Shown here: in pieces, positions 1 through 11,486 of the stretch
Position numbering within the stretch: the first letter of the stretch is position 1
Layout: each line of letters opens with the position of its first letter
DNA from: Cladosporium halotolerans
Taxonomy: Eukaryota
NCBI RefSeq assembly: GCF_011745625.1
Contig: NW_027191471.1
Coordinates: 248,001 to 312,000, forward strand
DNA length: 64,000 bases
Direction: 5' to 3'
Notes under the pieces: generated by a model
Database searches by the model: none
Told to the model about the DNA's origin: nothing
Seen by the model: the letters and a program-made list of their open reading frames with translations, nothing else
Position numbers and translations under genes: made by a program

Positions 1-1187
1 TTCCTGCCTCCTGCTCTCGGCCCCAAGGCCGTCCGCCACTATGCCCCTACAATGCAAAAGACCGTCGAGAACGCTTTCAACGTCTTCGACCAGCTCGATG
101 AAGAGGGCAAAGCCTGGAACGTCTACCACTACATGCTCAAGCTTGGTTCTCAAGCAGTCGGCAAAATCACCCTTGGCATGGACTTCAACCACTTCTCCTC
201 GCCCAGAGCCTACCCCGATGAGATGATTCGCATCATCGCAGAGTCTCTCGAGTTGAACAAGCAGATTGCATCCAAAGGTGACTGGTACGCTAAGCTGCCC
301 TTCGGTCCTCCTCAGCGACTGAGGAACCTGGCCGACCGCATGATGGTTCTTGTCGGCGAATCGATCAAGAGGGCTGAGAGCAGCGGCGCACACGATCTGC
401 CTCTGCAGGATGCCGCTCTGGAGGCATCTAACATGGTCGGTAAGTACACACGCATCATCTCCCGTCCGCGACATAGCAGACACTAACCCCAAGCACAGAC
501 TACGCCATCCGCGCCACCGACAACAAGGGCGACAAGCTCCCCCGAACCAGCCTCGTAGAAGCCCTCGTCGTCGCCACCGGCGCCGGCTTCACAACGACCA
601 GCTCCCTCCTCTCCTGGCTCATCTACGGCCTCGTGACCTACCCCGGCATGCAAGAGCGCCTGCTGCAAGAACTCGTCGACGCCGGCGTCGACGAGAACAC
701 CCAGTTCAACGCCGACGTGACCGACGCCCTCCCCTTCCTCGACAAGTACATCAAGGAGACCCAGCGCCGGCACAACCCGTCCTTCCAGCCCGCGCGCACG
801 GCCAAGACCGACCTCATCCTGCCCGGCGGCTACCGCGTGCCCGCCGACGCCGTCGTCATCCCCGCCCTGCACCACATCCACAACAACCCGGCGCTCTGGG
901 ACAACCCCGCGACGTTCAACCCGGACCGCTGGGACACGGAGGCGGTCAAGAACAGGCACAAGGCGGCGTACATCCCGTTCGCGACGGGCAAGCGCATGTG
1001 CATCGGGTTCAACTTCGCGCTGCAGGAGGTCAAGATTTTCCTGCCCAAGCTGCTGTGGAGGTACAAGTTCGTGCGCGAGGAGAGCGGCACGATCGAGTAC
1101 GATCCGATGTTCCAGCTGATCCGGCCGAACAACCTGTACGTGCGCGCGGAGAGGCGCGTCAAGTGGCCGCCGCGGTCGGAGGCGTGA
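1..1187 (+). CDS. Cytochrome P450, 5'-partial, stand-alone (no reductase domain), possibly CYP505-clan/CYP541-like; exons <1-439, 499-1187
   Basis: Intron 440-498 (GTAAGT...CTAAC...CAG) joins the frames to give MVDYAIRATDNKG. Motifs: I-helix GAGFTTTS, ETQR (ExxR), FNPDRW, heme motif FATGKRMCIG. Confidence 0.93.
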
Positions 1188-1761
1188 GGTGGTGGATGGG
1201 CATCGTTCGGGAGGGCGGAGTTTGTGCTATAGTGTATGATACCACTTTTGCTTGTATTAATCAGCTTCCATCGGAGTTTCTCCTTGCTTGTGTCTCTGAA
1301 GTATTCCATTCCTATTAAATCTGCGTTGGTAACGTCAATGGGGGCTTTGGCATCACGGTTTTCCCATTTCTCTGTTGCAATCACATTTCTTAAGATGACT
1401 GACGTGTCTAATGACCGTGTATGAGTGACTGCCAGATTCACGGCAATGAAGCGACTTGTTGAGAATCCGTTCTCGTAGAGAGAAGCGAACGCGGGTATAA
1501 AAAGAACTTTGAGATCCATGAAAAGGGTGAGAGATGGTAGATGCGATGAAGATGGGGTCAGAACAATTTTTACCATGTCCGAGATGGCATTATTAAGATA
1601 TTACGAGATGTAGATGTATGCATGTACTTTCTTCGTGGCCGCCTCAGCGACCTGGCGCGTCCCAAATCCTGCCCACCCCGTCGTCCAATCGCAGTGGTAT
1701 CAAAACCCCCAAAACGCCGCGCTAAATCAATCGTGCAAAACCTTCAGAGATCGACCACTGA

Positions 1762-3672
1762 TCACTTCCTGCTAGCCCTGCTCGCCTTCGAGCCCGACCG
1801 GCTCAGCATGCCATTACCCGTGCTCTTGAAGCTCTCGCGCGTGTTGACGCGGTCAAGATCGAACGGGTTGCCCTCGTAGCTCATCTTCCTCGTGACCTGG
1901 TGCTGCGGCCTGCTCTGCGTGGGGCGGATGGGCGCGAAACCCTCCGCAGCGCGCGGCTCGGACTCGTACGAGTAGTCGAGCGCCTCCTGCTCGGCGGACT
2001 CGCGGCGCTCGGCGTCCTTCTTCTGCGCGTCGATCTTCTCGTCCTCCTCGGCGCTCGAGCCCGCGACGGTCGCGGCGTCCTCCTCCGAGTCCGTTGCGGC
2101 GGCGGCGTTGGCGGCGTCGGACTGCTGCTGCAGCTTCTGCATGAAGGCCGCGGACTGCGCGGCGTACTTGCAGCTCTCGCGGATCTTGGGGCCGTACTTG
2201 TAGAAGAGGAAGGGCATGGGAACGCAGGCGAGGGCGAGGAAGGCAGGGATCGTCGAGGCCCAGTGGATACCGAGGTTCTCGTACATCTGCGTGGTGAAGA
2301 GGGGGAAGGCGGCACCGAAGAGGGAACGCAGGACGGAGTTGGCGGCGAGCACGGAGGCGGCGAAAATGGTGTATGCGTCGATGAGGTAGTTCATCATGCC
2401 GAGGAAAATGAGCACCATGCCAAAGCCGAAGGGCACGCCGGCCAGAATAGATACAATCCAGTGGATGCGCGGGTAGTTGGTCCAAGCGAACCAGAAGAGG
2501 CCGAGGGGAACAGCGACACCGCCGAGCATGATGGGCGGGATGCGGGCCTCGGGCGGTGCGAAGCCCTTGTATTCATCGCTGATCTTGGCGTAGCGCTTGT
2601 TGTCCCAGACACTGTAGGCAACGGCGATGATCATACCGACGGCGACACCGACGAAGGCAAGGCCACCGATACCAGGGCTCCAGCCACGGTTCTGCTGGTA
2701 GACGATGGGGAATGCGCCGAAAAGCATGTAGAGGGTACCGTAAATGATGGCCATGTAGATGCTGATGAGGAGGACGATCGGCTCACGGAAAAGGAGGATC
2801 CAAGGGCGGGAAAGCGAAGTCTTGAAGACCTGGCCGAAAGTGGTGGGGCCCTGGTCGACATCTCCACGACTCTTGTACACCTTGCCGGTGCGCTTGGAAA
2901 GCTCAGCAGCGCGCTTGCGGAGGAGGACAGGAGCGTAGGTCTCGGGCAGAAGGAAGCAGCCCATAAGCCACAGAACACCGGTGAAGATGGCCATGACGCC
3001 TTCAACCCAGCGCCAACCGACGGTCTCGCCAACGAAGCCACCTACGATGGGACCGAGGACCGGACCCATGAACGGGGCAGCAGCGAACAGAGTCATGGCA
3101 AGACCACGCTGCCTTGCCGGGAACATGTCGGCAATGACACCACCCGCGTTGGTGAGAGGCGAGGATCCGAAAGCACCAGCGAAGAACCGGAGAATGATGA
3201 GTGTCTGAATGTTCGTTGCGCCGGCAGCACCTGCGTTGAAAGCAGTGAGGACACCGTAGGTGCCAATGTAAAGGACCTGACGGCCAAAAAGCTCAGAAAG
3301 AGGTGCCCAGAGGAGAGGACCGATGGCAAAACCGAGCACGAAGAGTGAGATACCGAGGGTGAAGACTTCCTGGCTGCATCCGAATTCTGCAATGACCTCG
3401 CGCGCACCGCCGGAGTACGCCGAAGAGACGAAAGCAACCGCGAGGGTGGCAATCGCGACGAGCGCTGTGATGCTCCATTTCTTGAACTCGCTGTAAAGCA
3501 TGGGGTTTCGAGGGTCGTTCGGGATCCAGTTGACAACGAATGGGTCCTCTTCCGTTCCAGAGCCTTCGTACTTGTAGTTCTCGACTTCGGGCGTTATGCC
3601 GGCATGCTTGAAGACTTGCATGAAGTGTGTGAGCTGGCCTGGCTTGCCAGATTCGACATCCTTTTCTGCCAT
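1762..3672 (-). CDS. MFS drug:H+ antiporter (DHA1 family)
   Basis: 636-aa intronless ORF with about 12 hydrophobic segments and DHA1 motifs WIPNDPRNP, WAPLSELFGR, LPETYAPVLL, PPEARIPP. Confidence 0.93.
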   Translation of the reverse strand: MAEKDVESGKPGQLTHFMQVFKHAGITPEVENYKYEGSGTEEDPFVVNWIPNDPRNPMLYSEFKKWSITALVAIATLAVAFVSSAYSGGAREVIAEFGCSQEVFTLGISLFVLGFAIGPLLWAPLSELFGRQVLYIGTYGVLTAFNAGAAGATNIQTLIILRFFAGAFGSSPLTNAGGVIADMFPARQRGLAMTLFAAAPFMGPVLGPIVGGFVGETVGWRWVEGVMAIFTGVLWLMGCFLLPETYAPVLLRKRAAELSKRTGKVYKSRGDVDQGPTTFGQVFKTSLSRPWILLFREPIVLLISIYMAIIYGTLYMLFGAFPIVYQQNRGWSPGIGGLAFVGVAVGMIIAVAYSVWDNKRYAKISDEYKGFAPPEARIPPIMLGGVAVPLGLFWFAWTNYPRIHWIVSILAGVPFGFGMVLIFLGMMNYLIDAYTIFAASVLAANSVLRSLFGAAFPLFTTQMYENLGIHWASTIPAFLALACVPMPFLFYKYGPKIRESCKYAAQSAAFMQKLQQQSDAANAAAATDSEEDAATVAGSSAEEDEKIDAQKKDAERRESAEQEALDYSYESEPRAAEGFAPIRPTQSRPQHQVTRKMSYEGNPFDLDRVNTRESFKSTGNGMLSRSGSKASRASRK

Positions 3673-5913
3673 GGCGGCAGACGTTTCGTGTGGTGATGTA
3701 GATCAGATAGAGTTGTATGCAATGCTGTTTGTTAAGGTCCTGAGATGGATGATGGGAGCCCACGGGATGTGATAGCAACCCAGGTCGTATGATGCAATGG
3801 TGCCAGAGTCCAGTGTCGATCAGAAATTGGCGGGTCGAAGGCGAAGAGAAGGCGAATGGAATACTTATTGCAGTATGCAGAGACGGAAGAGAGTGACTAA
3901 GTCCGTAACCCCACCTGCGTGCTGATAATAATAATCGGGCTAGAGTTTTCCATGGCGGCGAGGCGGTCGAATTGTGCTATCGGGCCCGGGTGCTGAGGGC
4001 GTAGGGCCGAGGCATGTTGTGGCGATCCAGCGTAGCAACCGAGCCGTTGGCTGCACAAAACGCCCACCACGCAATTATGCACGCGCGAAGTCGGCGAAAA
4101 CATGAGAAAGTGCCGATGGTGTTCTCTCATTGGCCATCGAAAAGCTTGTCTCCCGCTTAAAGACTTGCCGCATTTCCGCCGGCAGAGCTCTATCCCAGAA
4201 TGTCGCTGGCCCCGGGCACGACAGGCCAATGCTGCATCGGGGCTGATCTGAGCCGAGCTGGCCCTTTCAAAGCAAGCCTCGCGTCTGCCCTTGTCGGACC
4301 TTCCTTCGCTCCAAACCCTACCGCTGTTAACAGGAGTTAAGGCCTCTCGCCCAACCAATTCTTATGCAAGCCACATCATCGTGCTTTTTCGGCCGGAAAG
4401 TCTTCAAACTCTGTCGTGCTTACAGAAGCTTGACCCACGTCACCTCCAGCCAAGACATCAAATATCGTCTTTTTTCGACCTGCGACGTTTCATCGCGGTC
4501 TAGATGGTGTGAGGAAAGGCCGGGGGGTGGAGCATTCCCCTTCTCCACTGCCCACGCGAGATTGTTGGGTGTCGGCCGTTGCCCTTAACGCCCGCGTTGA
4601 AGCGAGGCTCGGGGCCGCCGACTGATGAGCGGTGTCAGTGCGCCGACGCACGCGGCACCGAGTCAGCAGCGCATTATTTCTGATCTCTCCGCCAGATCCA
4701 ATCTCGTGAACTCGGCCGTGTCGCGATGTCCCTGGGCACAGACTTGCAGCCTTGTGGTAAGGTGCCACCTGCACAACGCCTCGCACGTGGCGTTTGCCTC
4801 AAATCGTTAGAGCACGGAGACTGCCTTGCATTGCTTGGCATGGCCTGTGGTATACTTCACACAACATTCGCATTGCTGTTTCTTGTGACCGAAAGTGCGT
4901 GAAGTGAGAAGGTGCTGATTATCGCGTCAGCAAGGATGAGGTTGGCACACAGCTTGCTTCCGGGAAGCCTCAGGCAGGCTTGATCCCAGCGTGAAGTAAC
5001 AAGTCTCGACCCATCTTCGACTTCCCAGCCCAAGGACATCTGGTGAAAGTACGCGCGATGACACGACCGTTCTCTCTTATGTATTCCATCGAGGAGTCTG
5101 CTCGGCATTTCCCAATATAGGAAACGAGATGGCCGCTCCGACGACCTTACTGCTACCACTTGGTTTGCATGCCCACACAGTCAGCCCACAGCAATGATGA
5201 ACGACGATGGTGTGATCAGACATGTCGGAGTCGAGTCCTCGCCTTGGTATTGCGACAAGGTGGTGGCTCAGTCGAAAGGGGCGGAGGCAGCTTTTTGGCG
5301 ACCTTGCCAATCGCAGAGTGCCGTTCAGCCGCTGCCTGGAAGGATCCGGGCCGCACGGTCCTTCGTAGCTTCTTTCACTATGCGATATACGAATGGGCCA
5401 ATCGCAGCTCGGCACGGACAGAGAAGTTCGGACTGCTGTGTAGGAACAGTCGTCTACTGTCCCACTCGCCGGACCGTGGACCATTGGTTCGGTGGGGTGA
5501 ACAAGGGCAGGGCGGCCGCAGTTTTGCGAACTCGCCTCTCACCGTCCTAGATTTAGACTTCGTCTGACATTGATGCTGCGCCGACCTCATCCTTCCACGT
5601 CGGTAGGACGACGCGGCCATTGATCGATCAAGGTACAAGTATCTCCTGCGTCTTCCCCGAAAGTCAGTCAGAGCAAGACAATCTCAAGAAAAACAAACTT
5701 CCCAGACTTCAGGCGTTTCCGGCTTCGTTTCTGGCTTCACTCAGGCCCTGCCACTCTGCCAGTATCTTTGTTCACTTGCTCTCTACTAGAATTTCTCACC
5801 AGGACTTTCCATTCGATTAAGATTCTATTCACGAACCTCCGGCGCCGTCATCACTACCTATCGAGTCCAAGGAAAACAATCTCCTACTAGGTACCGAGCC
5901 AACCTCTTTTTCA

Positions 5914-6939
5914 ATGGCTATGGATCCATACGCCAACTGCAACCTCTCGATCCCAAACTATCTCTGCACCCTCGAGACCTGCTGCCTAGCGCAGTCGCCC
6001 TTCACCTACCGCGTCTCTTGGGGCGGCAACCTCTTCTTCACCATATTCTTCGGCGTATTCATTATTCCTCAGCTCGGCCTCGGAATTTACTACAAAACAT
6101 GGGGCTTCATGACCGGCATGATCTGCGGCCTGGTCCTTGAGGTCCTCGGCTACGTCGCGCGCCTCCTGATGCACGACAACCCCTTCAACGGCGACGCCTT
6201 CCTCCTGTACCTGTGAGTCTTCGATCGAGAGTTTCCCCCCTCCACATCACTAGAGACTAACATCCCCTCTCTCAGCATCGCCCTAACAATCGCCCCCGTC
6301 TTCTTAACCGCCTCCATCTACCTCACCCTCTCGCGCATCATCAACCTCTACAACCCCTCCCTCTCGCGCCTCGCGCCCCGCACCATCGCCCTAACCTTTA
6401 TGACCTCCGACTTCCTCTCGCTCGTGCTGCAAGCGACCGGCGGCGGGATCGCCGACACAGCCGACACCGAAGACCTCAAAAACACCGGCATCGACATCAT
6501 GATCGCCGGGCTCGTGCTGCAAGCCGTCTCGCTCGCCGTCTTCCTAGGCGTGTGGGCGGACTTCGCGCTGCGCGTGCGGCGGCGGGGCGCGGCGCAGGAG
6601 CAGTACGCCGGCGTGCGGTCGCGCGTCGCGTTCAAAGTCTTCCTCGCGGCGCTGCTGGTCGCGACGGTGGCGATTCTGGCGCGGTCGATCTTCCGCGCGA
6701 TGGAGCTGTGGGAGGGGTTCGAGGGGGAGCTGTGGAACAACGAGACGGACTTTCTGGTCTTGGACGGCGCGATGGTGGCGCTGGCGGTGCTGTTGCTGAG
6801 CGTGCTGCATCCGGGGCCGGCGTTTGGGAGGGCGTGGCATGAGGCTGGGTGGTCGTTGAGGTCGAAGAAGGGTAGGGGGGAGGCTGCGCCGGCGGGGAAG
6901 GGCGAGTCGGGGAGTGAGCTTGAGTTGAGGACGGGGTAG
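5914..6939 (+). CDS. RTA1/Rsb1-like 7-TM protein; exons 5914-6212, 6276-6939
   Basis: Intron 6213-6275 (GTGAGT...CTAAC...CAG) joins LEVLGYVAR...FLLYL to IALTIAPVFLTASIY. Also FMTSDFLSLVLQATGGG, RSIFRAMELWEG and LHPG. Confidence 0.92.
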
Positions 6940-8153
6940 GTGTTTCGGATGTTTGGGTTTGCGATGTTAGCGTAGTGGAAGGGATGGCGGTGCCGATGGT
7001 TTACCAGAGATGCGTTGACACTCTTTGGTCTGATATACGATTGGGAAGGCTCGAGCGGCAACCGGCACGATAGAGGGTTTGATAATGTTTTCCGTAGACG
7101 GTCTATTTACACAACGAGCCTCGAGGTTTGAAGAAGAGAATCCGCAACTGCTTTTTGATTACCTGCGCCGCCCATGACTGTCGAGCAACGCCACAAGAAG
7201 AGATGCCGCGAGAGCGCACACGACGAGTGAGTGGAGAAAGCGAGAGGCAGTCCGTGATTACGCGGAAGAATTGAAAAGCAAAAGTAACATTGTTTTGTTG
7301 TCCCTCGATGGCGAGGGCTCTTTGGGGAATAGAAAAGAACCAAAAGCCAAGTTCAAAACACAAAAGGCACGATCAATCGAGCCCAGGAAAGCAACAAACA
7401 CAAAGTCAGAAGCGTGCTCCAGCCGCTATGCATCACGTGAAGAAAGTAGGCAAACCCGAGCCGAAAGGAAAAGCAAGAGAACTCATGAAGCAACGCGTTC
7501 AGCCAAAGCTGTTCCATCCTCCCATTTTTCACGTTGGCAGCAGGTTAATCGTCAGACGAGCGATTGCCGTTGGGGACATCGATCCGATATGTCTCGTCCA
7601 GTGCAGCGCGCCGTTCCAGTAAGATACTCGGTACCTTTCGCTGGTGACGACGCCATTGTTGATCGCTAGAGTCGTAAGAGAACGCTGCCACTTTCGCATT
7701 CCTTATTTTTCCCAGGTTTCCATTCCATTAGCGCCGTTGCAAATTCCGAACCTAGTCGCCTCTGCCATAGAGGGACATATCTATGCCATGCGTTACGCGT
7801 TGAACCAAGGGGAAACAGAACACGTGACCAGGCAACGTGGTCATTGCTTTTTGGTGAACGCCCGCTTTTGCCCAAAAGTCCATTGCAAACAGAACGCCAG
7901 AGAACGCCCATCCGGCTGAGCGGACCGTTGATGAGTGGTAAACAGAGAAGCATCCACAGTGAAGTTGCAAATTAGGCGACGGGTTGTCGCATTTGAAGAA
8001 GAATTCCGTGTCCCATATAACATGCTTCCGAGCAATGTCGTGAACGCGGACACGCTGAGCTTTCGACGGATAGCGAATCGTTCAAAGCATGGCTGTGAAT
8101 CAATGCAAGCGCAAGTGACAGTGACAAGGTCAAGCCACTGAATCGTACGACGT

Positions 8154-11100
8154 TCAAGCATCAAGCTGCTTCTTCAAGTCTTCGTCCAGGATGTCCGAGA
8201 GCTTCTTGCGGTTGCGCAAGTTGAGTGCACCATTGCGCCAGGCAGCCTGCAAAGACTTGAACGCCGTGCTCTCCGCCTTCGGGCCCTCGGCCTTGATAAA
8301 GTCGACGTAGTCCTTCACCACGCGCGTAGGGATCGCGTTGGCGCTGTTGACAGCCTCGCCGTAGTACTTGACCAAGTTCTTCTGGCCTTCGAACGAAACA
8401 CGCTCCTTAGCATCGGCGTCGGCGTAGTATTTGAACTCGCTGTACATGCGATTATTGAAGTTGCGGATAAGGAAGTGAGACCAGAACTGGTACAAGACCT
8501 TCAAGTCGTAGGGGCAGGTACCAGTAGCTGCGTGGCTACGCTGCTCGAAAGCCTTAAGGCGAAGGTGGACGTACGGCTCCGGGGTCAAATCCGAGGGAAG
8601 AGTGCCAACCGGGTGCTCGGTGTCCTTAATCCAGAAGACTGTAGGGCCGGCAGCACGCTCAGGGGAGCTTGCAGCAGAAGGGCTGGTGCCGCGAGACTGC
8701 AAGGGCGATGCAGCTCCATTGACGACGACCTCGCCATTGTTGGCCGCTCTCTGCCTGGCCATCTCGCCCGCAATGCTCTGCTGGTCGATCGAGCCATTTG
8801 AGAAAGTCCGCGATGCAGCATTGTGGTAAGGCACACGACGGCTGCTCAACCTCACGCAGACAGTTAGCTGCTCGAGCTTGTGCTCAGGGAAAACGTCAGG
8901 CTCGGCGTCCGCATTGTTGTTGCTCAAGAAAGCGTTGTGCACGTTGTTATCGAAGGCAGGTGCCTTGTGAGCACGACCGCGCACCTCCTCGCCATAGATG
9001 CTATCGGTGTTCTGAGAGAAGAATGCGCCGCGAGCAGCGCCATTCATCATGGCGTGGGCATTATCGCGACGGTCACCGGGATGAGGCATGCTCATCGGGT
9101 GGATGAGACCGCCATGAGGGTTGAAGTTCATCTGGCCATAAATGGCAGGAAGGCGCTGTTCAGGAACATCCAGCTGCTTGGGTCCTTCGTGACGAGCAGC
9201 AGCGAAACGCTCATCCATGGGCAGGATGAACTGCTGGTAATCCTGGCTCTTGCGCACACGCTCTTTGCCATCCTCACCAATGCGAATCTGCACAGCCTCG
9301 GACTGCAAGCAGACCTGCCTGAGAAGTTCACGATCCTGAGTCAAAGACTTGACACGGTTGAAGCTGGCGATAACCTCCAGGTAGACGAAACCCTGAGAAT
9401 CCATATTCTTGCGCAGGAACATATCCTTGAGCAGGTTGTCAATGGAGAAGTAATATTCGACCTGCGCGGTGACGACGCTGAAGAGGTAGTTCGGGTCCAT
9501 CATTGGGTTGTAGGGCATGGCGGACATAGGGTAGCCGTTGTAGTCGAACATGCCCTGACCGTAGCCATGCATGGGGGCAGGATAGGGCGGGTACCTGTTG
9601 TAGGAGTTCTCCACAGGGAACGACTGTGCACGAGAGTTGCCACGCCAGCCCGCGCGACCAGGGCCAGAGAAGCTGCCTTGGTGGTTTCCGCGAGGAGCCT
9701 GGAACGAAGGCGACTGCGGCACGCCGAAGGGAGAGGCTCCAGTGAAGTCGGGTCCTGGGTTGCTGTTGGCGAACGCGTGAGGTCCGTGGTGGCCGTTGAC
9801 AAACTCGCGAGAACCGCCTCTGCCACGGCCGCCACGCTTAGCGCCACGTCCACTGCCGTTCCAGTTGCCTTCACGAGTAGGCGCCTTCTCAAGAGGTGTG
9901 GGACGCGCCGCCTGGCCGTCGCGGTTCTGCGATGCACCTTCGCCCTCGTCGGCCTTGGGGCCTCTAGGGATAGGCTCAGGAATAGTCTCGCCGTCCTGTC
10001 CATCCGCGACGTTTGCCTCCGCCTTCGGCTTGTTGCTGCGCTGAGGAACAGGCTTGGCATCGACGTTAGAGGTGTCCTTGCTCTGCTGAGCAGCGGCCTT
10101 TGTTGTGCTGCGCGTCTGAGAAGAAACGCTGGCGTTGCGCTGAGGCTTGACAGGAGCGTCTTCAGCAGTCTCTGTGCGCCCATTGCGGGCCTCCTCTCCC
10201 GACTGCGCAGTATTGCGAGATGCAACGCCATTAGCGGAGCCTCTGAAGTTACCGCGGCCGCGAACGGCAGCACCACCACGACCACGTCCCTCACTGTTCC
10301 CAGGTGCACTGCGAGTGCTCCGTTCGCGCATGCTAGGCGTCTCCCAGAGAATGTTTGGTACGACTGGCACAGGCTTCCACTCGGGCTTCTTGCGGCTCTT
10401 GCCGCTAGATCCGCCCTCCTCGTTCTTCTCTTCACTGTCCTTCTCAGGAGCTGGCTTGCGCTCCTTGGGCTCCTGCACAGTTGCCGTGTCAGGGGTGGGC
10501 CACGAGATCTCATCCTTGACGGGCGGCGGCGCGGAAACGTTCGACCTCTCATCACGAGTGGCTGGTCTAGAGTAACCTGGGACGTTGACATCGGCGCGCT
10601 GCGGGCCATTTGATGGCTTGGCGCCTTGACGGGAAGCAAGGCGTTGCTCCTCAGAGCGCTTGCCTTGCGATGTGTTCGGTCTCTTTGCCTCACCATTGCT
10701 GGCCTCGGACGACGATTGGGTGGAGTTGTTCTTCTTCTTCGACTCAGTGCGCGGACGCTGGTTTTCCTTCTGGGCCGTGGCTGGCGAAGCGACTTCGGCT
10801 GGCTTGGGAGCGCTCTGCTGGACTGTGGCCAACTTGGCCTTGTTCTCTTGAGCGCGCTTAGTCCATGGGTTCACGGTGGGAGCCACAGCCTCGGTGAGCA
10901 CGACCGGCTTGGGCGGCGGTGCGGGTGCCTCCTCAGTCTTCTCGGCCTTGCTCTTTCTGCCCTTGTCAGAAGTCTCACGCTTCTGAGAGCCGCTCTGACG
11001 CTCGGCGCGCTCAGCGCGCGCAGTGATCCATGATCCGGACGTGGATGCCTCAGTCGTTTGCTGCGTCTCTGATACTTGGGACTTGGCGTCCCAGCTGGTC

Positions 11101-11486
11101 TGAGAGGAGCCGTTGTTCGCGGACGATGCGTCGTCGTTCGAGGTGGCCGAAGCGGCGAGATCTGGCGACGACACGCCTGAGCTTTGCTGGGCCTTCTCTT
11201 CGGCTTTGGCGCGCTCGACGACGCTCTTCAGCTCAGAAGGCTTATTCCTGTCGTGTGACTCCTCATTCGACTGGGTCTGCTTGTTGTCAGACGCGGTGAA
11301 GTCCATGTCGTCCGCCCAGTTGCTGGAGGATCCGTTCTCGAGGTCCGACATGAGGCCGGTGGCAGGCGTCGCTGCGCCTGATGTAACCTTGCTCGAAGGT
11401 GCTTGCGAGGTTGCTGTGGAAGCACGGCCCTTCGCTGCCTGTGCATAAGAAAAGCCGCCCGGGCTTGAAACCCCAGGGCCGGCCAT
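8154..11486 (-). CDS. La-related RNA-binding protein (LARP1/Sro9-like) with La motif and C-terminal DM15-like domain
   Basis: La motif QVEYYFSIDNLLKDMFLRKNMDSQGFV...FNRVKSL, RGG-rich tracts, DM15-like LYQFWSHFLIRNFNNRMYSEFK. First ATG is at 11486; the ORF-track start is non-ATG. Confidence 0.9.
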   Translation of the reverse strand: MAGPGVSSPGGFSYAQAAKGRASTATSQAPSSKVTSGAATPATGLMSDLENGSSSNWADDMDFTASDNKQTQSNEESHDRNKPSELKSVVERAKAEEKAQQSSGVSSPDLAASATSNDDASSANNGSSQTSWDAKSQVSETQQTTEASTSGSWITARAERAERQSGSQKRETSDKGRKSKAEKTEEAPAPPPKPVVLTEAVAPTVNPWTKRAQENKAKLATVQQSAPKPAEVASPATAQKENQRPRTESKKKNNSTQSSSEASNGEAKRPNTSQGKRSEEQRLASRQGAKPSNGPQRADVNVPGYSRPATRDERSNVSAPPPVKDEISWPTPDTATVQEPKERKPAPEKDSEEKNEEGGSSGKSRKKPEWKPVPVVPNILWETPSMRERSTRSAPGNSEGRGRGGAAVRGRGNFRGSANGVASRNTAQSGEEARNGRTETAEDAPVKPQRNASVSSQTRSTTKAAAQQSKDTSNVDAKPVPQRSNKPKAEANVADGQDGETIPEPIPRGPKADEGEGASQNRDGQAARPTPLEKAPTREGNWNGSGRGAKRGGRGRGGSREFVNGHHGPHAFANSNPGPDFTGASPFGVPQSPSFQAPRGNHQGSFSGPGRAGWRGNSRAQSFPVENSYNRYPPYPAPMHGYGQGMFDYNGYPMSAMPYNPMMDPNYLFSVVTAQVEYYFSIDNLLKDMFLRKNMDSQGFVYLEVIASFNRVKSLTQDRELLRQVCLQSEAVQIRIGEDGKERVRKSQDYQQFILPMDERFAAARHEGPKQLDVPEQRLPAIYGQMNFNPHGGLIHPMSMPHPGDRRDNAHAMMNGAARGAFFSQNTDSIYGEEVRGRAHKAPAFDNNVHNAFLSNNNADAEPDVFPEHKLEQLTVCVRLSSRRVPYHNAASRTFSNGSIDQQSIAGEMARQRAANNGEVVVNGAASPLQSRGTSPSAASSPERAAGPTVFWIKDTEHPVGTLPSDLTPEPYVHLRLKAFEQRSHAATGTCPYDLKVLYQFWSHFLIRNFNNRMYSEFKYYADADAKERVSFEGQKNLVKYYGEAVNSANAIPTRVVKDYVDFIKAEGPKAESTAFKSLQAAWRNGALNLRNRKKLSDILDEDLKKQLDA

